The position numbers and the translations under genes were made by a program. Source: Myxococcota bacterium (lineage in GTDB: Bacteria; Myxococcota_A; SURF-8). Taken from it: 64,000 nt of DNA. The notes beneath the pieces were generated by a model. The model searched no databases, was not told the origin of the DNA, and saw only the letters and a list, made by a program, of their open reading frames with translations. Below are positions 37,587-46,804 of this stretch, one piece after another (position 1 is the stretch's first letter; each line of letters begins with the position of its first letter). The DNA is taken from NCBI GenBank assembly GCA_965140415.1, contig OZ223209.1:3136001-3200000 (forward strand), in the 5' to 3' direction.

Positions 37587-38999
37587 TCAATCGATTTGAG
37601 CCGGAGTGCAGGGCTCCGGGTCAGGATAGCCAAGCAATTCTTCTAAAGAGAAGCATTCGTAAGGCTGCGCGGGAATCGGCACCAAGCCAGCCGCGACCCA
37701 GAACAACAATTTCTCGGGATCGAAAAGCACCAGATGCATGGGTCCATTTGTAGCCAGCCCGGCGTCATTGTCGATATTTTCTTCGTCCCAGGGAGCCTCA
37801 ACGCCGGTACGCGGATTCACGCGGTCGCGCATTACGGTTTTCAAGCCGTTCAAATCCAACTGACCGTAAAGCGAATCCTGGCCATCCGGTTCGATCAACT
37901 GCTCCAGCCGTTCCCAGCGCAATAGGCTCGAATCGCCTTTATCGACATCCTGCACGGCGTCGTAGTCTTTCATTTCGTCGGAAACGAAATGGTTGGTCGC
38001 ATAGACGATACCTTTATCCAGTTCACGAACGTGCATGTGTTTGGCCGTCATTTCGAAAACGGCGCCCTGCTTGTTATTGCCATCGGCAACAACGATCATT
38101 TCCGCCGACATTCCCGGCTCGCCTTCCAGGAAATCACGCGCTTCCTGAAGGCTGGTAGCGCTTTTGAGCAGCTTGGCCAGCATCTGCACGTGGCTTCTGC
38201 CAGTCAGGGACAATTCTTCCTCGCTTAACGGATCTGCCTCGTTGGAGCAGATACTCAAACCGGCGACATTCATGCCGGTATAAGGACTGAGATTCAGCGG
38301 GAACCCGACGAAAACATGCGGGATGGCATCTTTTGGCTGGCGCACGAAAATCACGGGATGCGAGTGGATGATATCGATATCCATGCTGCCCCAGTCCAGA
38401 TTTCGCGCATGATACAAACGACCATCCGGGGTAGCGTCGCCGGTGGCGATGACTTCCGAGCATCCCGGCCCTTCCATTTTCTTACGCGCTTCCGGTTTTC
38501 CGTTGTAGATGAATTCAAGGATTACATCGCCGAAATTCAAAGTCAGGCAGAGTTCCATGTTGAAACCGGTGCCCTCGGTGGCATCGACCAGGCCCTGGCA
38601 TTCATCCAGCATGTCCTGATAGGAGTTCTCCAGCGCGATGTCGATCAAGCCCATGCCGGTGGCCAACTCAGGAATGCTTTTCAACACCGGATCGTTGTTA
38701 ACGAATTCCATGGCTTCGGCCACGATGTCGTAGAGCATTTCGCCATGTTGATAGCCCATTTCGTAGGGAGTGCCGGAAAGCCACATAATCGTATAGCGGC
38801 CACGTTCTTCCAGATGCGGCGGGATCGTGCCGTCGCCTTCGGCGTCCAGTTCCGTGTCCATATCGCCATCGATATCGCCGTCGGTATCGCCGTCTACGAT
38901 ATCTTCTTCATCATCGCCACAAGCCACAAGCAACATCATCGACATCGCAAGCAGCAGCACCAAACACCACGAGAATTCCTTCTTTAGCATTCGCATCAT
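37587..38999 (-). CDS. Peptidase C45 (Ntn-hydrolase, acyl-CoA:6-APA acyltransferase family) lipoprotein with DGD linker
   Basis: Lipobox LVAC; GTPYEMGYQHG, G|CSEVIA nucleophile, HARNLDW, GMNVAGL, ATNHF; start moved to ATG 38999. Confidence 0.88.
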   Translation of the reverse strand: MMRMLKKEFSWCLVLLLAMSMMLLVACGDDEEDIVDGDTDGDIDGDMDTELDAEGDGTIPPHLEERGRYTIMWLSGTPYEMGYQHGEMLYDIVAEAMEFVNNDPVLKSIPELATGMGLIDIALENSYQDMLDECQGLVDATEGTGFNMELCLTLNFGDVILEFIYNGKPEARKKMEGPGCSEVIATGDATPDGRLYHARNLDWGSMDIDIIHSHPVIFVRQPKDAIPHVFVGFPLNLSPYTGMNVAGLSICSNEADPLSEEELSLTGRSHVQMLAKLLKSATSLQEARDFLEGEPGMSAEMIVVADGNNKQGAVFEMTAKHMHVRELDKGIVYATNHFVSDEMKDYDAVQDVDKGDSSLLRWERLEQLIEPDGQDSLYGQLDLNGLKTVMRDRVNPRTGVEAPWDEENIDNDAGLATNGPMHLVLFDPEKLLFWVAAGLVPIPAQPYECFSLEELLGYPDPEPCTPAQID

Positions 39000-39106
39000 A
39001 GATCGTCCTTCGAGCCAGGGTTGTATATCGTCATAGACTCCAGCAGAGATCGAGATTATTGAGGAAAGCGCGACAACAGTCAAGACTTTGCGTCCTGTAA
39101 ATCGCC

Positions 39107-40411
39107 TCACTCGGCCAATATCGGCTGTAATCCCAAAACACCATAGTGTTTTAAATAGGTTTTTGAAACCCCAGGGCACATCTTTTTCAGTGAACACGGG
39201 CTGCAACAATCTGCAAAACTCATCTCCCGATTCATCGGAGTGTCAACCAGAATCATGTTCGATACCGATTCTTTTTCTTTTCCCTGCCAAACCGAGTTAG
39301 CCAGGTAAACATCTTTTCGCTGGTTCGTATGCGATCGCAATCCCTGCAAAATGCAGACAGGCAAATTCCCGACGTGCAGAGGATCGGCATTGTCCGACAA
39401 CCTGAATTCAAAAGGCAGTAAGGCATGAGCGACGCATTCGTAATCGGGAACGACGCGTTCAAAGTTTTCCTTGGCGCCGCCGATGATCCAGGGATAATCC
39501 AGCGCGATGCGAAATACCTCAAAGCGATCCAGCATGTCGATAATTTCCGGCAAGGTCGCCAGATTCTGCTTAGCCAGAATCGTAGTCGTGAACATGTGCC
39601 TGCCGGTAAGTTCTTGCTGGCTGCGATCCCCAAACAACGCCCGCATGTTAGCCAGAGCGGCACGTTTCTTTTCGAATAAATCCGCAGTTTGTGTAAGAGA
39701 GGCTTCCGTCTTTTTATCAGCAGCGTGGATGCTCAATCCGATTCCGGTCAATCCGCGATCCAGCAGATTTTGCAGATAGGCTTTATCTGAGATTATAACG
39801 CCATTTGTTTTTAAGAGAATGGACTTGAATTCCATTTCATGGGCGATTGTAACCAATTCCGGCAGATCCGGGTGCAGCGTCGGTTCCTGGCCGGTCAAGG
39901 TAAGCGCGTCATACCCTTCCCGTTTGGCCTTTTTCAGCGTTTGAGTCAGTTCGGCTAGCGTCAATTTCGGATACGATTCATCCCGGCAGCGGTCGGTGCA
40001 GAAAAGACAGGCGGACACGCAGGAAAACCCGACGATCAGATCGAGTCGTTTTCTGCCAACGATGGAGATGTATTCTTCATCCACGCGGTCGAACAAGGCG
40101 TCCAATTCCAAATCGGATAATGTCTGGGTGTTCTTTTCCACAATCATGGCGACTGCCTGTGCCAGTCGTTCGATTTCGGGGGTGGCGTTGCCTTCGATAT
40201 TCATCGCCAATCCCAACCGTCCCGCCTTTACGAAGGCTTTTTCCGAAAGTTTTGCCGAAAAGAGAACCAGACAGAAACTTTGTAGATTTTTGATGTCTCT
40301 AAAATCGAGTTCAACGCGAGAGGTTCCGCGCACCGCATCCAGAACGAACGTTCCCGCAAACGGCTTTTTGGGCCGGATAGGAGCAAGATAAGAAAGGAAG
40401 GGGTGCGGCAT
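39107..40411 (-). CDS. Radical SAM protein with N-terminal extension and C-terminal Cys cluster
   Basis: CVSACLFC (CX3CX2C), TGQEPTLH, KTNG, NLPVCIL, C-terminal CSPCSLKKMCPGV..TYL..YG. Confidence 0.88.
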   Translation of the reverse strand: MPHPFLSYLAPIRPKKPFAGTFVLDAVRGTSRVELDFRDIKNLQSFCLVLFSAKLSEKAFVKAGRLGLAMNIEGNATPEIERLAQAVAMIVEKNTQTLSDLELDALFDRVDEEYISIVGRKRLDLIVGFSCVSACLFCTDRCRDESYPKLTLAELTQTLKKAKREGYDALTLTGQEPTLHPDLPELVTIAHEMEFKSILLKTNGVIISDKAYLQNLLDRGLTGIGLSIHAADKKTEASLTQTADLFEKKRAALANMRALFGDRSQQELTGRHMFTTTILAKQNLATLPEIIDMLDRFEVFRIALDYPWIIGGAKENFERVVPDYECVAHALLPFEFRLSDNADPLHVGNLPVCILQGLRSHTNQRKDVYLANSVWQGKEKESVSNMILVDTPMNREMSFADCCSPCSLKKMCPGVSKTYLKHYGVLGLQPILAE

Positions 40412-40447
40412 GTAACATCCAGATTACAATCGTTAAATGATTCTAAA

Positions 40448-40476
40448 TAATTAGGGGATTTTGCCTGCTTTGTCAA
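40448..40476 (-). promoter_or_regulatory. Sigma70-like promoter for the radical SAM gene
   Basis: TTGACA-N17-TAATTA on the minus strand, 37 nt upstream of the start. Confidence 0.55.
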
Positions 40477-40542
40477 TGAACGAATCCAGCTAAACGAGAG
40501 TTGGAGAAACAGGTTTCAAGTCCCAAAAACTGGGGAGCAAAG

Positions 40543-40778
40543 CGGAAAGGCGGAAATCCACAAGACCCACCATCAAGGAAGGGTTTCCCTTCCACCTTCC
40601 GTCACCTGCCACGCATCATCTGTGGCTTGTAATAATATTTAGCCACAGATTCTGTGGTTTTGTGCCATAGTCTTACGCGATCGAAGATCGTGGAAGGCTG
40701 TGTGTCTTCAATAAGTTACACACGGCCTCCCGGAATTTCCATTCCGTGAGACCATGGCACATCGTGATTACTCGATGG
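40543..40778. ncRNA. Candidate structured non-coding element with a four-way junction and flanking hairpins; family unknown
   Basis: Closing stem 40661-40675/40747-40761 encloses three abutting hairpins (40676-40692, 40693-40730, 40731-40746); further hairpins at 40577-40593, 40618-40650, 40760-40777. Confidence 0.5.
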
Positions 40779-40858
40779 ACAGAAATGAATAATAGATGGT
40801 CTAACACCTGGTCTGATACTTCAAGCTTTGAAAAACACATGGGAATGGGAATTGAACA

Positions 40859-40906
40859 GAAAAAAGAAGGCCGTTTCAAGAAAGACGTATTCCCGAAACG
40901 GCCTTT
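40859..40906 (-). terminator. Rho-independent terminator after the 40928 gene
   Basis: AAGGCCGTTTC...GAAACGGCCTT stem followed by TCTTTTTT on the minus strand. Confidence 0.65.
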
Positions 40907-40927
40907 AAAATCACGCGAAGCTATTCA

Positions 40928-42043
40928 TCAGGGCATACAGGCGCACTGCCCGCCTGCATCCTGCGGAGTGCCGCCATTGGGACACTGGTTGTTTTCACAG
41001 GCGTAGACGCAAACCGAGAAACGACATAAGCCGTTGGTGCAATCGGCGACGGCATTATTCCAAGGTGGCGTGATGGTGTCCGAGCCGCAATCGGCGGCAG
41101 TCGAACAGGTTGCCTGCGCGTTTTCGCTGGTGACGATACACGACAAATCCTGCGCGCAAGGACCGGCGTCGGCATGAACGCCCTCGCTGCTGCACACCTC
41201 TCCGAATTCAGCTCCACCCGTATTCAATACGCAGTAGCAACTATCTCCGACCGCCATCGGATCGTGCTGATCGTCGCAAGCCCCCTGATCATCGCATCGT
41301 TCCATGCAGGAGGAATATCCGCAACTTCCTTCTACGCAGTCCGCGCCGGGCATACTTTGCTGGTTGGCACAGTCCTGATCGGTTGTACAGGTCAACTGCG
41401 CGTTGGGTTCCATGCCGATGCATTGCGTCTGCTCGCGACAGGTTACGCCATCGACATTAACCACGCCGAAGGGGCAAGGTTGATCCAGACTGGCATTGCC
41501 GCCATCCACTTTGCACAAGGCTTTCGGGTAACAGACGTATTGATCGCAGAAAAATCCCAATGGGCAGCCGCTGTCATCCTGGCAACCGGTTTGGGTGCAG
41601 ATCAGAAATTCGGACTGGGCGCTGTCTTCGAATTTGATATTCAAACAGCGTTCACCGTCCGAACAATCCGAATCGACATAGCAAGTCTGGCATTCCAGAC
41701 TGCGACAGGTCTCGGTGCTTTCGTCGCAGAACTGGTAGTTATCGTAGCTGCATTGACAGCCGGTGTTTACGTCGTCATCCCCATCCGCCGAGTCGCCGTC
41801 TGCCGTATCGCCGTCGGTGTTTTGATTGTTTGAATCGCCATCGACAAGCGGGGGATTGCTTGTATCCCCATCCGTGTCGCCATCCGTAGCAGGATCGACT
41901 TTCACGCACACCCCCAGCTGACAAGCCTCGTCGTCTGCACAATCGCGGTCGAGTTCGCACGCGGTTTCGCCATCGCTGTTACATCCCATCACCAGCACTG
42001 CTGCCCACAAGATCACCATAGCCACGATCACAAAGCGTTTCAT
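40928..42043 (-). CDS. Cys-rich lipoprotein with DGD linker and a duplicated ~90-aa Cys module
   Basis: Start ATG 42043 behind AGGAGA; lipobox VMGC; C..D.DC (Dickkopf-N/EB-like) units. Confidence 0.78.
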   Translation of the reverse strand: MKRFVIVAMVILWAAVLVMGCNSDGETACELDRDCADDEACQLGVCVKVDPATDGDTDGDTSNPPLVDGDSNNQNTDGDTADGDSADGDDDVNTGCQCSYDNYQFCDESTETCRSLECQTCYVDSDCSDGERCLNIKFEDSAQSEFLICTQTGCQDDSGCPLGFFCDQYVCYPKALCKVDGGNASLDQPCPFGVVNVDGVTCREQTQCIGMEPNAQLTCTTDQDCANQQSMPGADCVEGSCGYSSCMERCDDQGACDDQHDPMAVGDSCYCVLNTGGAEFGEVCSSEGVHADAGPCAQDLSCIVTSENAQATCSTAADCGSDTITPPWNNAVADCTNGLCRFSVCVYACENNQCPNGGTPQDAGGQCACMP

Positions 42044-42124
42044 TTCAATTTTCTCCTGATTCTTCCTCACGATCATTCATTCGCTACAAGTACTTCAGTT
42101 ACGCCCAAACACGCATACCACTGT

Positions 42125-43507
42125 TTACGGACATTCGCAATCCTGCTGATTACAACTGAGTTTCAGTCGAAAGACATAATCCCCCGCACTGGAATTCGTG
42201 GCATCTACGACGAACACGAACCAGCCATCATACGGCGCGACGAAATCCGGTGTGTAGGTTCGATAATAGATGTTGTTTTCACACAACAGTGACGTCTCAC
42301 AAGCGGTTTCCAAACAGTTGCTTCCGCTCCAAACCGTGAAGGTAACGTGCAGATCGTCCGAGCCGCTGCATTCGTAATATGGATCGAGATGAATGTGGGC
42401 GGTTTCTCCCTGGCGCATGAATAAACGATAGGCATGATCCGGTCCGGCACCGGAACAGGTCTGGCCGGGAATCCCATCGAAATGATTGGACTCCCCGCAT
42501 AAATCGCCATAGGGGACGGAGTAACCGTATTCATTGAAAGCCGCGTCCCTGCGTCCGATGGTGCGTGCATGCGCGCAACCCGCCCGGCTTTCGCTGCCGC
42601 TGGTACAACCTTGCACGTCACAGAAAAGCGCTTCCTCTTCCGCTTCGATCTGGTCCGAATCTGCTTCTTCATCGCCGTCAGCGGGCATGTCCGCTTCTAT
42701 ATCAATCTCAATCTCATTTTCCGTTTCTACTTCGAGATCGCCATCTTCGATGCTTTCCGATTCCGCCAATTCAGACAGTTCCAGATCACCGTCACCAGGT
42801 ATTTCATCGTCTTGATCAACTTCGTATGCATCGCCATCCGGGGCGATTTCTATTTCCAGGTCTCCATCTACAGGTAGATCGCTTTCGGTGTCGCCATCGG
42901 TTGCGATGTCTTCATCGCCCGTGAAATCACCGTCCACAGGTAAATCTCCATCGATAGTGGAATCCGTTTCTTCATCGCCATCAATCGGCATGTCATTATC
43001 CGAGTCGCCATCCGAATCGCCATCCGAAGGCTTGTCTCCGTCTACAGTCAGATCGTCATCCCCGCCAAGATCGCCGTCCGTTGCGGCGTCGGCTTCTGCA
43101 TCTCCATCCGAGTTTGCATCGACACAGCTTCCGTTTTCATCGCAGCGCTTGCCGGAGCCGCAATCCTCATCGGACTGACAAAGCTGTGGGTTATCCTGAT
43201 CCGGCATACAATATCCGCCGGTACATACAAATCCATCCGGGCAGCTTTGATCCTCCGCACAGGGATCGGCGGGGACGCAGCTATATTCTTTGCAGTAAAA
43301 GCCGCCGTCGCAATCCACATTCGTTGTGCAGAAGGCTTCCGTTTGACAAATACCCTGAATGCACTGTTGGCCAACCGAGCAATCGGTATCGTCCGCACAG
43401 GCGATTTCATCACTGGAATTCGAATCCGAGCAGCCGATCAATAAGGTCAATGCAAGCAAATACACGAGATAACCGAAAACCCGAAATCCTGGCAATTTTA
43501 CATCCAT
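42125..43507 (-). CDS. Cys-rich lipoprotein with four C..D.DC repeats, a long DGD linker and a C-terminal PPC-like beta domain
   Basis: Start ATG 43507 behind GGGGAG; lipobox LIGC; GPDHAYRL...DGWFVFVVDA...AGDYVF. Confidence 0.75.
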   Translation of the reverse strand: MDVKLPGFRVFGYLVYLLALTLLIGCSDSNSSDEIACADDTDCSVGQQCIQGICQTEAFCTTNVDCDGGFYCKEYSCVPADPCAEDQSCPDGFVCTGGYCMPDQDNPQLCQSDEDCGSGKRCDENGSCVDANSDGDAEADAATDGDLGGDDDLTVDGDKPSDGDSDGDSDNDMPIDGDEETDSTIDGDLPVDGDFTGDEDIATDGDTESDLPVDGDLEIEIAPDGDAYEVDQDDEIPGDGDLELSELAESESIEDGDLEVETENEIEIDIEADMPADGDEEADSDQIEAEEEALFCDVQGCTSGSESRAGCAHARTIGRRDAAFNEYGYSVPYGDLCGESNHFDGIPGQTCSGAGPDHAYRLFMRQGETAHIHLDPYYECSGSDDLHVTFTVWSGSNCLETACETSLLCENNIYYRTYTPDFVAPYDGWFVFVVDATNSSAGDYVFRLKLSCNQQDCECP

Positions 43508-43824
43508 CTCCCCAACCTCTCTGTATGACACGAATCTTTCAAAGGATTTCGGCATTCTACGACAAGCCGGAAAAAAAAGAAACGTTGTATGCGAAAAACT
43601 GACCAAAGTCATATATGGCATCCGGGCAATATGGCATGCTGGCCATGGTTGTACGCGATTCCGTTTTTGCAGTTGATCGGAAACGCAGCGATTCACGCAG
43701 TACCTATTCTCCCGCTCACGCTCTTCCAACAAAGACTCGAAACGCTTCTGCATTAAAACCAAGGGATAGTCGTTTTTACAGCCGGGTAGGATTCGAGTGA
43801 TTTCGATTTCAATGGGTACGGACT

Positions 43825-43854
43825 TGACACATTCACCTAACCCATAATAGAATC
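43825..43854 (+). promoter_or_regulatory. Sigma70-like promoter
   Basis: TTGACA-N18-TAGAAT upstream of 43895. Confidence 0.45.
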
Positions 43855-43894
43855 GCTCAAGTTTTTGCAATTCCTGCCACTAGGAGCCATAAAA

Positions 43895-46699
43895 ATGTCA
43901 CGTAATTCGTTTATTCGGACAGGCCGATTCTCTCTTGATTTGCTGCGATTCGCGGTGTTAGTTGGACTTTGCATGTTTGCGACATCACTTGCATATGCAG
44001 ATTACAACAGCCCGGAACCCTTTGAAGGCGCTATTGATTTCGCCGCTACCGGCGGAACGATGCTTACGGATTTGTGTATGCCGAATCCTTATGCACCTGG
44101 CACCTGCACCGGCGCTCCCGATGGTCAGGGAGACACCGGTATCATTTCTTCTACTGCCGTCATGAATGGTGTTCCTGAAGACGCTTTTGTGGTTAAAGCC
44201 TACCTTGTGTACATGGCCGACTTGCTGGACAACGTCTGGCAGCCGGATACCATGGTTGCTTTTACTCCTCCTGGCGGAGAGACCTACCAGCTTTTCTCCG
44301 GCGATCCGACACTGAATGAGGATCATGAAACCCTGCGTTTCCAGGATCAGGATCCTTTGACCGGCACCTATTACTGGTTGAATTTCTACACCTATCGGCT
44401 GGATATCACGAGCCATTTACGACATCACACCCAGGTGGAAGGCTTGAGCCTGAATGGAACCTATACCTTTGGAGACATGGACGTGTACACCGGGAGCCCC
44501 TACCTGGATCGCACCACGATTCTGGGTGGCTGGTCGGTGCTGATCATTTACGCTTCGGATAATATCGCCAGAAAGCGGATTTACTATTACACCGGTTTCC
44601 AGGTCGGTCACGATTCGGTAATCAATCTCGATCCGTCCGGTTTCGAAGTGCCTGAAGACCCAGAAGCCAAGATCACCTTTTTCCTGGGTGAAGGCGATGT
44701 CGGAATCGCAGGAGTTGGTCCGGGAGGAACTGCGACGCATTCTGAAGGATTACGCTTTAACGGCCAGATTCTTTCCGATTTGTGCAACCCACAGGACAAT
44801 CCTTACAACAGCACGGTCAACACCAATATTTTACCTTCGGAGATGCCCTGCCGAAACGACCAGTACAGTATCGACTTGGATACCTTCGATATCAGTGAAT
44901 ATCTTGATTACGGCGATACGACCTGTAGTGTCGATTTCACCATGGGTCAGGATCAGGTGTTCACGAACTACCTGATTATCTCCATCGACACCAAACTGCC
45001 CGATTTCGACATTCCCAACGAGCCGGAAAAAGACGCCTCCGTCCCGCCGGGAGAATCGCTCTATCCGGGTCAGGAGTTCAAGTATTACATTTACGTGCAG
45101 AATAACGGCGAAGATGCCGCACTGAACGTGCGTGTCAAAGACGCACTGAATTCACACCTAACCTACGTGGAAAACAGCACGTACGTAATTGAACCCAGCG
45201 GTGCCCGCATTGCCGTGCCGGACAATCCTCCGGGTCAAGCCCCCAGCATCAACGGCGTTGATGTCGCTGCCTCCTTGCCGCCGGGTGGAATCGAGCGCTA
45301 CACGGTGGAAATGACGGTCCGCCTGAATACGCTGGAAGAAGGCGTAACCAAGGAAACCATTATCGAGAATACCGCTGAAATCCTTTCTACCGGTAATGAT
45401 GCCTACATCACCAACGGCGGCATTCCGGTCATGCACAGCGTTAAGCTGGAATCCTTCGAAGGTAAACTGCATTTCTCGGCGGGCAGCCGCCATCCGGAAT
45501 CACGCTTCGTGCAACCCGGTGAAACCGATGTCGTTGCCGCTCACATCAATTTGAAAGCATTGGAAGGAGCCGTTGAGCTTTCGTCCTTCATGTTCACTCC
45601 GATGGAAGAAACCGACGCCAGCCTTTTCAAAACCGCCAAGTTGTACCATGATGTCAACGACAACGGCCTGCTGGACGATTCGGACGTGCAGATGGATCTG
45701 GAAGTTTCCTGGCTGGGCGGCGGTCTTGGTTTCAGCGATTTCAGTGAGCTGCCCGAAATCGGCAAGGACGAGGAACACAACCTGCTTCTGGTCGTCTCCG
45801 TTGATGACGATGCCGTGGCAGGCATGATCGGGCAATTGGAATTACTGGAAAGCAATGCAGCCGTTCGCGGCTTCAAGTACGGTCTTCCCTTCGAGTGTGC
45901 CAGACTTTACATTCCATCCGCAGATACCGAGATGAGTATCGAACTCGGTTACAACAATCCTGCCGATGGCTTCCTCGCTCCCGGCAGCACGGCTGCGGTC
46001 ATGCAGGTGCTGATGCGCGCCTATTCCGCCGTCACGGTTTCCGGTGTCACGTTTGCGGCGGAAGGCACCCTTTACGATTCGAAGGAAGTTCAGAGCGTGG
46101 TTTTAATCGACGATGCCAACGGCAATGGTCAATATGACAATGGTGAAAGCCAACTCGGACAACCGGCTTCCTTTACCTCTGACAATGGCACAATCTCTTT
46201 CAGTGGTTTGGGAATAAGCATGCAAGCCGGGGATTCGAAAAATCTGCTTGCCGTGGTCACCTTCTCCCAGGATGTTTCCGCCGACAAGAAGTTCCGGCTA
46301 TTGATCGACGACAACGCCCGTATCGAAGCCGGTGGGGCTGTTGTATTTGGTGCGCCATTGACCGGAAACCTGTTTACGTTCGCCGATCAGGTGGTGGAAT
46401 GCCAGTCCGATGATGAATGCTGGGCAGCGCTCGGCCAGAACTGGGCCTGCGACGATTTCGATCATATCTGCATTTCCACATCCGCCAACAGCGATGGGGA
46501 TCAAACGAATCCCGGTACAGATGGCGATTATTCCGGGCCGGGGATCAATCCCGACAATCCGCTGAATCCGGGAACGGATGGGGATGTAACTGAAGACGGT
46601 AGCAGTTCAGGGTGCCAGTCTACATCGGTTAATGCTTTGTGGCTGCTGTTCTTGTTACTGCCGGTGCTTCTGCGACGGAGGTCGCTACGCCAGCACTGA
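43895..46699 (+). CDS. Large surface protein (DUF3344/DUF11-like Ig domains, D.N.NG..D repeats) with MYXO-CTERM/GC_trans_RRR-like anchor
   Basis: ATG behind AGGAG; GGWSVLIIY, DLDTFDIS, PGQEFKYYIYVQNNG..A.NV.VKDAL..HLTYVENS; C-terminus SSSGCQ-TM-RRR. Confidence 0.8.
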   Translation: MSRNSFIRTGRFSLDLLRFAVLVGLCMFATSLAYADYNSPEPFEGAIDFAATGGTMLTDLCMPNPYAPGTCTGAPDGQGDTGIISSTAVMNGVPEDAFVVKAYLVYMADLLDNVWQPDTMVAFTPPGGETYQLFSGDPTLNEDHETLRFQDQDPLTGTYYWLNFYTYRLDITSHLRHHTQVEGLSLNGTYTFGDMDVYTGSPYLDRTTILGGWSVLIIYASDNIARKRIYYYTGFQVGHDSVINLDPSGFEVPEDPEAKITFFLGEGDVGIAGVGPGGTATHSEGLRFNGQILSDLCNPQDNPYNSTVNTNILPSEMPCRNDQYSIDLDTFDISEYLDYGDTTCSVDFTMGQDQVFTNYLIISIDTKLPDFDIPNEPEKDASVPPGESLYPGQEFKYYIYVQNNGEDAALNVRVKDALNSHLTYVENSTYVIEPSGARIAVPDNPPGQAPSINGVDVAASLPPGGIERYTVEMTVRLNTLEEGVTKETIIENTAEILSTGNDAYITNGGIPVMHSVKLESFEGKLHFSAGSRHPESRFVQPGETDVVAAHINLKALEGAVELSSFMFTPMEETDASLFKTAKLYHDVNDNGLLDDSDVQMDLEVSWLGGGLGFSDFSELPEIGKDEEHNLLLVVSVDDDAVAGMIGQLELLESNAAVRGFKYGLPFECARLYIPSADTEMSIELGYNNPADGFLAPGSTAAVMQVLMRAYSAVTVSGVTFAAEGTLYDSKEVQSVVLIDDANGNGQYDNGESQLGQPASFTSDNGTISFSGLGISMQAGDSKNLLAVVTFSQDVSADKKFRLLIDDNARIEAGGAVVFGAPLTGNLFTFADQVVECQSDDECWAALGQNWACDDFDHICISTSANSDGDQTNPGTDGDYSGPGINPDNPLNPGTDGDVTEDGSSSGCQSTSVNALWLLFLLLPVLLRRRSLRQH

Positions 46700-46804
46700 A
46701 TGAATACACGCGTTAAATATGGTTGTAGCAGGTATGTTTTCAAGAATACCTGCTTGTTCTCCTGCATCGCAGCGATTATCATCTTTGAATAGGGAGACGA
46801 GTCC

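Noticed and set aside
40661-40761. tRNA (cloverleaf-like fold)
   Set aside because: The closing stem is 15 bp, arms lack D-loop and TTCRA consensus in the right positions, and there is no 7-nt anticodon loop
40673-41006. Small ORFs 40673-40879 (-) and 40746-41006 (+) as radical SAM precursor peptides
   Set aside because: No clear RBS or precursor-like motif, and they overlap a terminator and the structured element
43508-43870. 121-aa N-terminal extension of the 42125 ORF; likewise 39000-39209, 32728-32838, 20400-20489, 60794-60859
   Set aside because: Downstream ATGs have RBSs and give proper signal peptides or family N-termini; the extensions overlap promoters or neighbouring genes
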